A DNA stretch of 64,000 nucleotides, taken from Octopus bimaculoides (lineage: Eukaryota). Under the pieces are notes generated by a model. That model did not search any database. It was given only the letters and a program-made list of their open reading frames with translations, and had not been told where the DNA came from. The stretch is from NCBI RefSeq assembly GCF_001194135.2, contig NC_068983.1, positions 8,843,728 to 8,907,727 of the forward strand. The letters are read 5' to 3'. Made by a program: the position numbers and the translations under genes. Shown piece after piece: positions 14,298 to 26,858 of this stretch. Each line of letters begins with the position of its first letter. The stretch's first letter is position 1.

Positions 14298-14799
14298 AAA
14301 CTGTTACAAGTGGGTACCAGCAGTAAAGACAAGGGTAGAATATTCCAGAGGGGCAAATATCTCGCCGGAAATGATTGGGTGTCACCCGCCAGACACAAAA
14401 GAAAGTGACGACTGTGACAACTTGGTTTCTTTTGGGGGAGAATTTGACACGACACTGGTGATAATATAGGAAGAGACAGAGAAGTCAGGAATATTTGAGC
14501 TGCGGCAGCAGGAGAGAAGTTAGCTCCGAGGAGCAGAAACCATTAAGATCGTTATGTTTTTGATACACACATACACATGTGTATTTATATTTGACTGCAT
14601 GCGTGCATGTTTGTGGATATTGCTGGGAATGACGTTTTCATGCTTTCCTGATTGTTGCGTAGTGCCAAAAGAAACCAAGTCCACACAGTAATCATTTTTT
14701 GTGTTTGGCAGGTGACACCGAATAATTTCCCACCAGACATTTGCTCCTCTGGAATTTTCTACCCATGTCTTTACTGCTAGTATCCACTTGTAACAGTTT
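14298..14799. repeat. diverged inverted repeat pair (arms 14298-14435 and 14665-14799)
   Basis: Arms align at roughly 80% by eye (aaactgttacaagtgg...ggtgtcacc...cttggtttcttttgg); 229-nt spacer. Confidence 0.8.
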
Positions 14800-15104
14800 G
14801 TAAGATCGTTAAGTTTGAGAGTAAGAAAGTTAAGCCTGATGGAGATAGAAATATGATGGGACAGCAGATGAGTGACTTTAAACCCAATACGTTTAAGATT
14901 TTGCTTCAACTGACACTTTTGTTTCATTGGCTACTGTGATAATTTTGTTGAAGCTATGTTGTAGATCAAAGGCGATCAAAAGGAAGTATGACGAAATTGA
15001 AGATATTCCACTGTGTAACTCCTAATGAACAGGAATGGAATAATTCCTCCCTCAAAGTAATCACAATCGTGAACATATGCTTATCCTATGAATATCTATT
15101 ATAA

Positions 15105-15935
15105 GGGCAGCGGGTGGGTAGAGCCTTCGCGGTATATCTTCCGACTCTCCGTTCTGAGTTCAAATTCTGCAGAGACCGACCTTGCCTTTCGTCCTTTCGA
15201 ATTCGATGAAATAAGTACTAATGGAACACGGGTCGATGTAATTGACTATGCCCCTCCCCTAAAAAGGCTGCCCTTCTGCCAAATTGTGAAACCATATCTA
15301 TGAGGACATCGAGGGGGTAGAACTGCAAGAAGGCCGGACGAAATTATTCGCAGCATTTCGTTCGGCTTCATGTTCTGAGTAAAAATTCCGCGGAAGTTTA
15401 CTTTGCCTCTTATCACTCGAAGTCAGTGAAATGAGTGATACTAGAGTCGATGTGATCGACTAACCCCTTCTCCTAAAATGCTTCCCTTGTGCTTATCGCC
15501 AGAAAGAGTTAATAATAATAATAATAATCCTTTCTACTATAGGCATAAAGCCTGAAATTTGTTGGGGAGGGGACTAATCGACTATCGGCCCCAGTGTTTC
15601 ACTGCTGATTCATTTATCAATCCTGAAGGGATGAAAGCCAAAGTCGGCTATGGCGGAATTTGAACTCAGACCGCAGTGACAGAAGCAATACCACTAAGCA
15701 TTTCACTCGGCGTAGTAGCGATTATGTCAGCTGGTAAAATAGTGAACGCGTCGGACAACATGCTTGGAGGCATTTCTTCCAACTTTACATTCTGAGTTCA
15801 AATTCTGCGGAGGCTGACTTAGCCTTTCATATCTTGGAGATTGAGAAAATAAGTACCAGTTGTGTATTGGGCTAGATATCATCAATTATCCCCTCTCCCC
15901 AAATTTCAGATGTTGGTTCTATGTGAGAATGGATT
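15105..15935. mobile_element. cluster of four SINE copies (family C), orientations +,+,-,+
   Basis: Each carries ttctgagttcaaattc.gc.gag...ttgcctttc or its reverse complement; approximate spans 15105-15300, 15320-15510, 15528-15730 (-), 15728-15935. Confidence 0.8.
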
Positions 15936-16619
15936 ATATGTATAACAAACGAGAAGACACTTTAGCACACCGGATAAAATCCTTTGTGGGATTTTCTCAA
16001 GGTTTATATTTTATGTTCGGATCCTTTGTGGTCGACTTTGTCTTTTATAATTGCAGGATGCATTAAAACGTGCACTAGTCAATTACTCAGGTTGAAAAAA
16101 AAGAGACTTGCCCACTCACCGAAACTGTGTGGCTCCGTACCTGTATTAGAAAGAGTAATTATTGTTGTAGTTATTTTTTTTCACTGTTACTATGAAGGGT
16201 GAAATGAGATGGTGAGTGAATCCTTCCTTCCAAGAAAACTGTTAGAAGACCGATGAGAGTGGCGTGCATTGTCCAAGCGAAAGCCCCGGCTCTACGCTTG
16301 CGCCTATAGACTGGCGCAGAAGAGCTGGAATGGCGCTTATCTTAGTCGTCAGTGGTTTTGCGACATCTCTATGATAGCGCGTGGAAGAATCCCCCAATTT
16401 TGTGTAATATTCTTTTATCTTCTGAATTTCGTTCTTTTGTCTTTATTTCACATTTACATTTTCCTATGTAATCTCACACTATGTCGCCTGCACTATCCCA
16501 TTTCGTCCTATATCGTGTTATATCGCCCTGTACCGTCATGTACCGTCCTCAATCTTCTTCTCAACGACTTGTGGCTAATAAAGAAAGCATTGTTCTTGAT
16601 ATTAGCACTCCCGATATAC

Positions 16620-18420
16620 CAACACTGATAATACTATTGTTTTTCTTATTAGAGCCAGACGTATTCTTGTCGATATCGGTGTTGTTCTTATTAATGTTCT
16701 GCGCCGAGGTATCGATGAAGCTGTTGATTCTGTTGCTACCAAACAGATTGCTATCGTTGCTAATGCTGCTGGCGTCTTTAGCGTCAGATATTGCTTTTAT
16801 TGATATTGAGAGCTTTCTTGTTATTCTGGCCAAATGTAAATGAGTAGAGATGGCTTTTGCTCTTCGTTTTCTTAATGATACTATACTATTGGTTATAGTG
16901 TTGTTAGTGTAGGTGTATATAAAAACTAAAATCGATATGTCTCCTTTAGTTGTCTGACACTTTAAACATCTGATATAATATACAAAGCAAATGCCCGTGA
17001 TCCATGTCAGCCAATGCTTAGCCGGCATTTATGATCGATATGGTCACGTGGCACTGTTGTTGCAGAGTCCACATTTCCTTCCGCTTCATTTACCTCCTTC
17101 CCACCTCATCTTCCTCCCCTTCGTCATCATCATCATCGTCTTCGTTTTCGTTTTCTTTTAAGATATACTTGATGTATTCACTCTTGGTGTATCAAAATTT
17201 TCTGCTTTGTTTTATAACAATACAGCTAATGAGGACAATGAACGTCGGGGGTGGTTCTGACAGTGATGATGATGATGAGGATGATGATCATGATGATGAG
17301 GATGATGATCATGATGATGAGGATGATGTCGATGCTGCTGCTACTGCTGATGGCAATCATTGATGAAGGTAAAGTCTAAAACCAAGAAGACCGTGATGAT
17401 GATGATAATAATGATGATTATGATGACGGTGATAATGATTATGATGACGATTATCATTAATATCATTGCCGTCGTTGTTCTTGTCATTATTATCATGATC
17501 ATTACCATCATCAGCATAATCATCATCTTCACCGACACCACCACCACTCCTAACACCACCATCATCATCATCATCATCATCAACATGATCGTACTCGACA
17601 GTTTCCTACAACGTCAATAAAATTAATTGTGGTCATATCGATGATGGCCTCACCCAAGTCGGAGTGATTCCAAATGACAGCGTTTGTTGTGGCGGATCAG
17701 TTGAATTCCTTGTTGTTGTTGATGTTATGGTAGCCATTGTGTTGAAGATGGTAGTAGTAGCAGTAGACGCGGTAGTGGCGGCAGAGATAGAGTTAATAGT
17801 GGTAAAAATCATTATCGGAGGGGTCCGAATGAGTTTTCGGGTCACATTAAGTGAAGGAATTTTTGTTCGTTGGTGGGCGGGGGTGGGTTGGTTGGTGGCG
17901 GGGTTGTGTCGTTGCTGTCATGTTGTTATTCGAGTTGTTGGTCATGTAAGGAACGCTGTTGAGGTTGTAGTGAGAGTTGTGGATCTGGTAGTGCTAGCAG
18001 TGTCAGAAATACTATTAGCCGTCGTGGTGTTGACAGTAGTATAATACCAAGTAGTAGTAGTAGTAGTATTAATAGTAACAGCAGCAACAATTGTGCTGGT
18101 AGTAGTAGTAATGGTCGTAGTAATAGTAGTAGTAGTGTTTATAGCAGCATCAACACTAGCATACAAAGTGGTTGCAGTAGTAGTGGTGATTGTAGTAGCA
18201 GTTGCGCAGATAGTGTGGTTAGTAGCGGTAGTAGTAGTGGTGGTGGTGGTGGTAGTAGTAAAGGTTGTGGCGATAGTAGTAGTAGTAGTAGTGTTTATAG
18301 CAGCAGCAACAAGGACAGTAGCGGAAGTAGTTGAAGCTGCAGTGATTGTAACTGCAGCAGTAGTAGTGGTGGTGGTGGTGAGATTGTAGGAGTAGTAGTA
18401 CTAGTAGTAGTAGTTATTGT
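16620..18420. repeat. compound degenerate trinucleotide low-complexity block (GAT/ATC/GTA/GTG/GCA)
   Basis: Runs of gat, atc, gta and gtg produce the poly-V/T/I/D ORFs in the track. Confidence 0.85.
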
Positions 18421-19243
18421 TGCTGTTTTTTTTTTTTAAGAATGACGGTTTTGATTGCGAAAGCGCATGGCGTATAAAATCTACTTTAATTTATTAATGC
18501 AAAATTCGATCCTTTCCACCCACAATATCGACGAGAATTTCATGATTATTTTTTTCTTCTATTTATTTATCTTTCCTATTAGGGATCCGATAAATCGAAT
18601 TTATAAAGGTCGTACGAGCTTTAAAGATTCTTCCCCACCTCTATGTTTCAGGCGAGCATATTCAAATATGCTGATCATATGTAATTATCGCTTACGAACT
18701 TATCGGAATCCAATCCGACCGAGGCTTGGTGTAAAAATTGATAAAACTGAACGCTATCACATGAATTAAAAATATGTATATGTCTGCATGCATGCATGTA
18801 TGTATGTATGTATGGATGGATTGATGTGTATAAGATCTATGTGTGTTTGTGTGTGTATATGTGTCTATGTGTGTTAATATGTAAACTGTTTTGCATTCGA
18901 TCCATATTACCAAGATTAAATTAGATTGCTTGCATTGCATATTTTCCAGTTTAAGCATTTATGCACATGTATGCATTGATAGATGTATGCATGATGGACG
19001 CATATATGTATGTATATCTGTATGTATGTACATATATATATGTGTGCGTATATGCGAAAAACACGTACTCACGAATGTATGTGCACAGACATCGGAAAGA
19101 ATGTAGCTTTGAGATATTTATTTATATAATTTCACAAATACTTCTATACATGAATATACACGTACGTTCTTTTGTTCACATACACACACACGCGCGTATA
19201 TACACTCATACACATATACGTGCACGTGCGGTTGTCTGTCCGT

Positions 19244-19293
<50 letters not shown>

Positions 19294-20737
19294 GTGCGTG
19301 TGCGTGTGTGTGTGCGTGTGCGTGTGTGTGTCAGTGATTCTATGTTCGTTTTACTTCTTTCAGAGAACTCCTTGTAAACTGGTCAATCGTTTCTAAGTGT
19401 ATAGGTTAGTTGGTACATATTTATATTATGTTATTCTGTACTTTCTAACGTGGTTTTGGAAAGAAATCTCTCTGAACCCACAATCGTTTGCATTACCTTT
19501 TATTCACCACACCACTGTGTTTTCCCCAGCCATAGCTAAAGAAACAATATCTTCATTTTGTCGCATATATAACCATGTGCTTAAAAATCTGGTACTGTAA
19601 CGACGTTTTTCATTGAAAAATTCAGATAATGCATGATCGGCGAAGATTGCTGAAAAGAGAACAGGAAACATCAAGTTTTGTACATGATTTTCTTAAAAAT
19701 TTAGAAAAGTTTCTTGTGTTCTTGAATTGCTGTGGATAGTCTACGAGGCACCAGCAGATCAGTCAGTATCATTTCATGAAGCAGTAGAAACACGCTTCAA
19801 ATTATTCACTAATATATCCAGCAGCCTCAAGCGACAACGGTAAAACAATTTACAAATGTCCAATCTCGTCCGATGAAATCAATGAGACCTTTGTCTCATT
19901 AACATATACTTATACAAGAGCACACACGACAGACATTTCAAAAGCGAAACGAAATATAAGATATCTACAAATATCAATTTAATAATATGCATTGCATAAT
20001 CTGTCTCTCCTATGCAATAAAATATGTTTTCATGCGTGTGTGTCTGCATGCATGTACGTACGTATTCAAATATCATTATTTTATTTCTGTGTAACAATAG
20101 CATTTTCAAATAAAAGCAAAGTAATGCCGTTTCAAATATCTATTGAAAATTAATAGAAATTTGGTAAAGTATTGGGCTACTTTACCAAAATTTAATTCAT
20201 TGTGAATGTAATGTTTGCAATTTAAAAAAAAATATTTTTATTTTATATTATACAAATAGATTTAAAATTTCAATATGACTAACAATAATTGAAATCTTGA
20301 AAAAGACCAAAAACTAACATCCATTTCACGATACTTTTTCAATTATCAAATATTTCATTCTTTGTAACGTGTATTTAATTTTTATGAATTTTTCGATTAA
20401 TGCATAAACACTTGCACACTCACATGCGCACTAACATACACACATACGCGCACACACTCACACATACACGCGTACACACACGCACGCATGTATGTATATA
20501 TGCGTGTGTATACGCTTGGTATTGAATGTTGGATAAAGAGTATTCCATACAATTGAAGCGATGAATAATATATTTTATTTTAGCTGAGTCAGTCACCTGA
20601 TACTCGGAGTTATCAAGGGACTGGGGTGAACAGGGTCTTCCGGTAAGTTATAAAAGAATATTGGTAGAAATTAGAGATCAATGTGGAAATAATTACACTA
20701 ATTCTTGTTTCATGCTGGGTATCTATCTATCATATAT

Positions 20738-21215
20738 ATCATCATCATCATCATTTAACGGCCGCTTTTCACGCTAGTATGGGTTGGACGATTTGACCGA
20801 GGACTGGTGAAACCAGATGGCTACACCAGGCTCCAATCTGATTTGGCAGAGTTTCTACAACTGGATGCCCTTCCTAACGTCAACCACTCCGAGAGTGTAG
20901 TGGGTGCTTTTACGTGCCGCCGGCACGAGGGCCAGTCAGGCTGTTCTGGCAACGGCCACGCTCAAAATGGTGTTTTTACGTGCCACATGCACAGGCGCCA
21001 GTCGAGCGACACTGGCAACGACCTCGTTCGAATGTTTTCTAACGTGCCACCGGCACAAGTGCCAGTAAGGTGACGCTGGTAACGATCACGCTCAAATGGT
21101 GCTATTTACGTACGACTGTCACGGAAACCAGACAGCCGCTCTGGCAACGATCACGCTTGGACGGTGTTGTTAGTGACCCACTGGCACAGGTGCCAGTCAT
21201 CGGATATGGTTCAAT
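20738..21215 (-). mobile_element. non-autonomous retroposon with an RTE-type (GAT)n tail and an internal ~65-bp tandem array
   Basis: (cat)n tail at 20738-20756; units starting ctgg(c/t)aacg at 20946, 21012, 21076 and 21141. The RTE link is inferred from the tail type. Confidence 0.65.
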
Positions 21216-21329
21216 TAAGATTTCGATTATATGTATANNNNNNNNNNNNNNNNNNNNNNNNNNNNNNNNNNNNNNNNNNATATAAAGGTTAGAATATCAT
21301 CGTATACAGTTTTTAAAAAATTATTTTTT

Positions 21330-21490
21330 TTATTTCACTGTTTATTTTCTCTTCCTTATTTCTGTTGAAGAGCGTAAGCTCGAAATGTAAAAAGTCTTTC
21401 TCACTTTCCCGAGCGTCAAACTAATACACCTGCTTGTTGTTCATGCACCTGTCTTCGTCTTTTGCTTTTCTATAAATTTGAGCTATTCCT
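21330..21490 (+). mobile_element. family H1 short PLE-terminus-like repeat with a hammerhead-like core
   Basis: attt-ctgttga-a-gagc-gtaa-gctc-gaa-atgt-a at 21358-21389; body shared with 3684-3800 and 56515-56670. Confidence 0.7.
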
Positions 21491-21599
21491 TCATATCACT
21501 TCCATGGTGTTATCCATTTTTCTATGTTCTCTCTGGTTGGAAAATTAACTTCCCAAACGTTAGCATTTTCATACTTTCCATTGAAGTGTTAAACTAATA

Positions 21600-22520
21600 C
21601 CATGTTTCTTAGCGCTTGCTTATCCTATGCCCGGAAACACAGACCAGCTCCATCCAGAAACACAGACCAACTAAACGTCGCAGGTGGGATATCTTCAAAA
21701 CCTGTTTACTGAAAATTCCCAACTTCAATGAGAAAACAACCTCGACCATCATCTACAAGACTATCAGCAGGGAGAGATTCGACATTCGGTTGGCCCATTC
21801 AGGATCGTCCCTACGTAAACACTTATTGACGGGGTGGTCAAGTGCAGTACAATAACCCGACACACTAACGAACTTCCTCATTCATGACATTACCATGTGC
21901 CTACGAACGTGCGTAGTATACCAAACACGATGTTCGACATTTTACAACTACTACACCGATGGCACAACACAAACAACGCACGTCCGAATCAAGGAGCATC
22001 TTACTGCCAACGCTTGCTCATTCAACAACTACCTGACCAAATACGGCAAGACCACCAAAGAGTAGACCCCTCTATAGTAGGCTCCAAGAGGATCACTGGC
22101 AGTTTACTTGGTAAAGAAGCTCTGTTCATCCACATTCCCAAACACAAAATTAACAGTCGATTGCAGTTGAGCCGCTGACACATTTGACGCAGCATCCAGA
22201 ACATGGTGAACGGCCTACAAAAACAGCTGGAGTCTTGTTTACAGCAACACTTGAACAGCCGGCAACACTTGGAGAGTGACTGGTACTAATACTATATTTC
22301 AATAAAGCTATCACATCATCCTACAGATGGTAAGTAGCCTACATCAATAACTGCAAGTTTGCACCAACGCATAGAGCATCGATTAGACCTACGCTTGGAG
22401 AGTGACTGTTACTGCTGCATAACGCTTGGGCTTTTGTATGGGTTAATGGAGCATGCATAACTGGACATCAATTCCCAGACACTTGTTCTACTGAAGGTGG
22501 GCATTTTCGCCTAAAATAAA
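21600..22520 (+). mobile_element. Penelope-like retroelement 3' fragment (GIY-YIG endonuclease pseudogene)
   Basis: From 21895: MCLRTCVVYQTRCSTFYNYYTDGTTQTTHVRIKEHL (equivalent to C..VVY.I.C..C...YIG.T......RI.EH); then, frameshifted, LLGKEALFIHIPKHKINSR; degenerate ctgaaggt-gggc..gcct-aaaa at 22491-22516. Confidence 0.75.
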
Positions 22521-22577
22521 AGGCATTATGAAACTTTCCGCTTTGTCAGAAGCTTTCTATTTTCTCTCTTTTTACGT

Positions 22578-22622
<45 letters not shown>

Positions 22623-23043
22623 NNNNNNNNNNNNNNNNNNNNNNNNNNNNNNNNNNNNNNNNNNNNNNNNNNNNNNNNNNNNNNNNNNNNNNNNNNNNNN
22701 NNNNNNNNNNNNNNNNNNNNNNNNNNNNNNNNNNNNNNNNNNNNNNNNNNNNNNNNNNNNNNNNNNNNNNNNNNNNNNNNNNNNNNNNNNNNNNNNNNNN
22801 NNNNNNNNNNNNNNNNNNNNNNNNNNNNNNNNNNNNNNNNNNNNNNNNNNNNNNNNNNNNNNNNNNNNNNNNNNNNNNNNNNNNNNNNNNNNNNNNNNNN
22901 NNNNNNNNNNNNNNNNNNNNNNNNNNNNNNNNNNNNNNNNNNNNNNNNNNNNNNNNNNNNNNNNNNNNNNNNNNNNNNNNNNNNNNNNNNNNNNNNNNNN
23001 NNNNNNNNNNNNNNNNNNNNNNNNNNNNNNNNNNNNNNNNNNN

Positions 23044-23154
<111 letters not shown>

Positions 23155-23298
23155 TAGAGAGAGAGAAAGAGAGAGAAAGAAAGAGAGACAGAGAGAGACA
23201 GATACATACATAAATATATACATATACATACATATATACATATCTACATATGTAGATACGTACATAGATATATATGTGTATGTGCGCGCACAGACACA

Positions 23299-23351
<53 letters not shown>

Positions 23352-23863
23352 ACAAATAGGTTTGTTGATGCAAACAGGAAAGTTATGCAACTCAAAATAT
23401 GTGTATGTGTGTGTGTGTGTGTGTATACAACTTGCTATCTTTTTTTTCTATATACACGAACACACGTACACAGAAGTGCGCGAAGAAACACTCACATTGC
23501 CATACATTTGGGCACATACATACAAACGGATTTTTTATATATATACATATATCTATTGTAGACACAGAACACTATTTCCTGACGATTCCTCTTATGTTGC
23601 TTAAAATATCACCGTAACTTTTTCAATTTCTCATGCAATATCTTAGCATAATATTTACATAATCAAAATAAAACCTGCTTGTAGTAAACGAAAAACAACA
23701 CTGCTACACTTATCTATTCAAAATTTACATCATGTGACAGTTTTNNNNNNNNNNNNNNNNNNNNNNNNNNNNNNNNNNNNNNNNNNNNNNNNNNNNNNNN
23801 NNNNNNNNNNNNNNNNNNNNNNNNNNNNNNNNNNNNNNNNNNNNATATACATACATATAAATC

Positions 23864-23894
<31 letters not shown>

Positions 23895-24139
23895 CTGTAC
23901 TATATGTGTGCACATATATGAATGCGTAATGAGAGATCGGGAATCCCTGATGGCCATTTTGATTGCATCAAATAACATTTACATGATTGGTCACTTTACT
24001 GTTGAACCAATTTAAATGTTTACAAGTTAAAACATTAACAACCTATGTGATTGCTCTCATGTTGCTTAAAACCAATTATAGACATTCCATTTGCTGCTTA
24101 GTGCCCTACTGACAACACACATTGATTTTTATGCCATTT

Positions 24140-24720
24140 TCAAACAGAAGCGTTCGAACCATTACATTCTTCTCTCTTTGTGGCCTGGCATAAATCGAAG
24201 TCTTTAACTCTACTATTATCTTTCATAATTGCTAACATGATTGCGTAGACCGCTGCACGTTTCTTGGATTTTAAACAGAACTTTCTATTTAATGAAGTTG
24301 TTAGTATTAAAATACAACTGTTAACCTTTCCCCATGAATGTAGGTTCACAATTCAGACTCCTAATAAAATTCTAAACAATCTATTCCATTCAATTTACAA
24401 TATCTAAATAAGGCATGGACACTTCATCACTTTTCATGTTGCAATAACTCCAGCACTCGCCAAATCCGATCCATTAGATATTATAAATCTTCTGAACTGT
24501 CACTCCACCGTCCAGGTTTTTTCTATTACTCAGTCAGTGTCCTCCGCGCCCTGGATTAAGCTCATCTGATATACTTCAAGCCAAGCAGTTCCGACTCACT
24601 TGTCTCTCCTCTCGACGACGATGTTCCCCATTTCAGGTGTCGCTTTAAGAATCACACACAGTGCTTCCTGCATGGTTTTCCAAACAATTAGATATCGACT
24701 GTTTCTTCTAGAACACAGTT
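24140..24720 (-). pseudogene. possible very old hAT-like transposase relic
   Basis: One minus frame with several stops reads TAWLEVYQ...AEDTD*VIEKTWTVE*QFRRFIISNGSDLASAG...KCPC...CQATKREE, weakly like hAT LE...HT.E.I...L..W...IVTDN.SN...C and F..ATK. Judged by eye only. Confidence 0.3.
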
Positions 24721-24779
24721 GTGTGTTATTATTTAATTTTTGATAGAGGGGAATGGGCTCACGTGATAAGCCTGGCCCG

Positions 24780-26060
24780 CTACCGAGCTCATTGACACGG
24801 GCTGATTCTAGACCAATCTATGGGAAACATTTACATGAAAGCGTATTTTCAGGAATCGACCAGGATCTCTTTTTTATACCTTATTTTTCTCAAGCTATCA
24901 TTTACTGAGGGCCTACTAGTATCTTATGACGACTGCTTTTCTCTTCATAAGAGAATATGGGACGGTGGTGGCGCATTCCTCCGGGAGTATATGCTGCCAA
25001 GCTAGTTGCAGCTATAATAATGAACCTGGGGTAAAATATAACCATTCTCCAGGCCACAGTGGTAGAGGAAATTAATTTGAGGGGACAATGCCTAAACATG
25101 TTAATTCAAGCAGAATTCCCTACGCTGGAAGAAATTCCAGAAATAAGAAACATCGGAGAGGAGAGGCTGATCGTATTCGGGGAAGACAGGAAGTCTAGAT
25201 GCTTTAACTGCGGGGTAAAGGGCCATATAATGTCCAAATGCAAACCCCACAAAAAAGTGCAGGAAGTAGAGGAAGGAGAAGGAACAACAACAGTGGAAAC
25301 GTCACCTACATCAGTAGAGACGCCACTAACACTATCAAAACAAGAAGAAGAGAGCGACAAAAAAGACAAAGAGGAGGGGTAGTCGACCATTTAAAAAAAA
25401 AGAAGGAAGAAAACACAGACCGCTCCTACCAAACTGAAAATAAGGAAAAGGAAACGAAAAGAAAAAGACATTAGCTATATGGCCATTATGGCATCCAACA
25501 ACAGACTGATTAACCGTTTGGCAGCTATTTTATTTGCCAAAAGCTTCATAGAAAGACTTTCTCAATTACAGGATACGCTGGAAGGATTACGAAGAGATTA
25601 AGTCTGAATATTTCCATGACGTAGGCCCTCTAAGGATGGATTATTCTTCATGCATTTACGAGGGCCTAAGTAAAAAAATTAAAAAAACACGAGCCCGAGA
25701 GAAAGAAAAGGAGGAGGAAAATGAATTCACTTCGGACAACTGACTGGGGTTAAGTCATGTCTAGCATTCATGTAGGTTGTATAAGTGTGCGTGGCTTGGT
25801 GTCATGCTCGAAGAAAAGATTTAGAGGAAGCAATGAAAACTAGCTCTGCGGCTCAGGTGTCGGCCAAGAGACGGGCGTTAAACCAGCACCTCGAATCCCA
25901 ACACATGGGTTGCATTGTCAGGGCTAGGCTACGTGCAGTGGGGTGTGAGGGAATCGAGGCTGCAGGATGAACCAGAGTGGTGGAAGCGCAATGTAGTAAT
26001 GTTGCCACAATCCGATCTTTGACGAACCAGCTGACATGGGCGGAATTTGAACGCAAAGAC
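24780..26060 (+). mobile_element. Tx1/L1-like non-LTR retrotransposon fragment (ORF1 with zinc knuckle plus ORF2 linker)
   Basis: CFNCGVKGHIMSKC (CX2CX4HX4C) at 25200-25241, followed by an E/K-rich tail; GCIVRARLRAVGCEG...E...IRSL at about 25905-26015 resembles the L1-clade EN-RT linker; no endonuclease domain seen. Confidence 0.7.
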
Positions 26061-26639
26061 GAAATGCCGATGTTATACTCGAATAATTCCCAATCGCAAA
26101 TGTTGAATTTGAGTTGAAAATATATTTCCTTTAGTTAATGATAAATAAAATTTTCGTCAGACTTTCTTTTGGCTGTTCAAGTTTTCACAGCTTGCCTTTT
26201 TAAAGCAGGTTTAATATAAATTGAAAACACAGTACGCCACCGGCACCACCACCAGTTCTTAATTCTACTGACTAATACCATAGTGATTTCTATGTTACTA
26301 GTACCATGGTAATTCTCTTCTAATCACTAGAACCAGAGTTACCACTTGCGGTTTCCTCCTATCTTTACAGATATTAACTTAAAGAAAGCTTCGGTTGGAC
26401 TTGCGACATGTCATACCGACATGATGTGAAGTGTTTAGCCTGTTCTTCACTGTCTAAAACAACAAAATATCAATATTCAACTGCATTTGAGATAAAGATT
26501 TTCTTATATTCTTAGTAATTTTTCCTCTCATTTTTGTAACAGTTTTAAGAACGATCTCTTCTGCATATTCACATATAATAGTATGATTAACTTACCTTTT
26601 TGTAAACAATCCTTTACTCTTAGTGATTTTCTTAATTAG

Positions 26640-26858
26640 TCCTCTCTGCTATAGGCACAAGGCCTGACATTTTTGGGGAAGGACTAGTCGATTATATCGA
26701 CCCCAGTGTCTCACTGGTACTTAATTTATAAACCACGAAAGGATAAAAGGCAAAGTCGACCTCGGTGGAATTTGAACTTCAGAACGTAGCGACGGGAGAA
26801 ATACGGCTAAGCATTTCGTCCAGTGTGTGAAGGATTTTACCTGGTCGCCGCCTTAATA
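26640..26858 (-). mobile_element. SINE (family C)
   Basis: ggcaaagtcgacctcggtggaatttgaact...cagaacgtagcgacgggagaaatacggctaagcatttcg. Confidence 0.8.

Noticed and set aside
14762-14775. 14-nt match to miR-71 (aaagacatgggtag; variant at about 14325-14338)
   Set aside because: The seed start and 3' end mismatch, and there is no complementary star arm or pre-miRNA hairpin.
16561-17028. 155-aa S/N/I-rich minus ORF
   Set aside because: It derives from degenerate trinucleotide repeats continuous with the 17031-18420 block; no domain is recognised.
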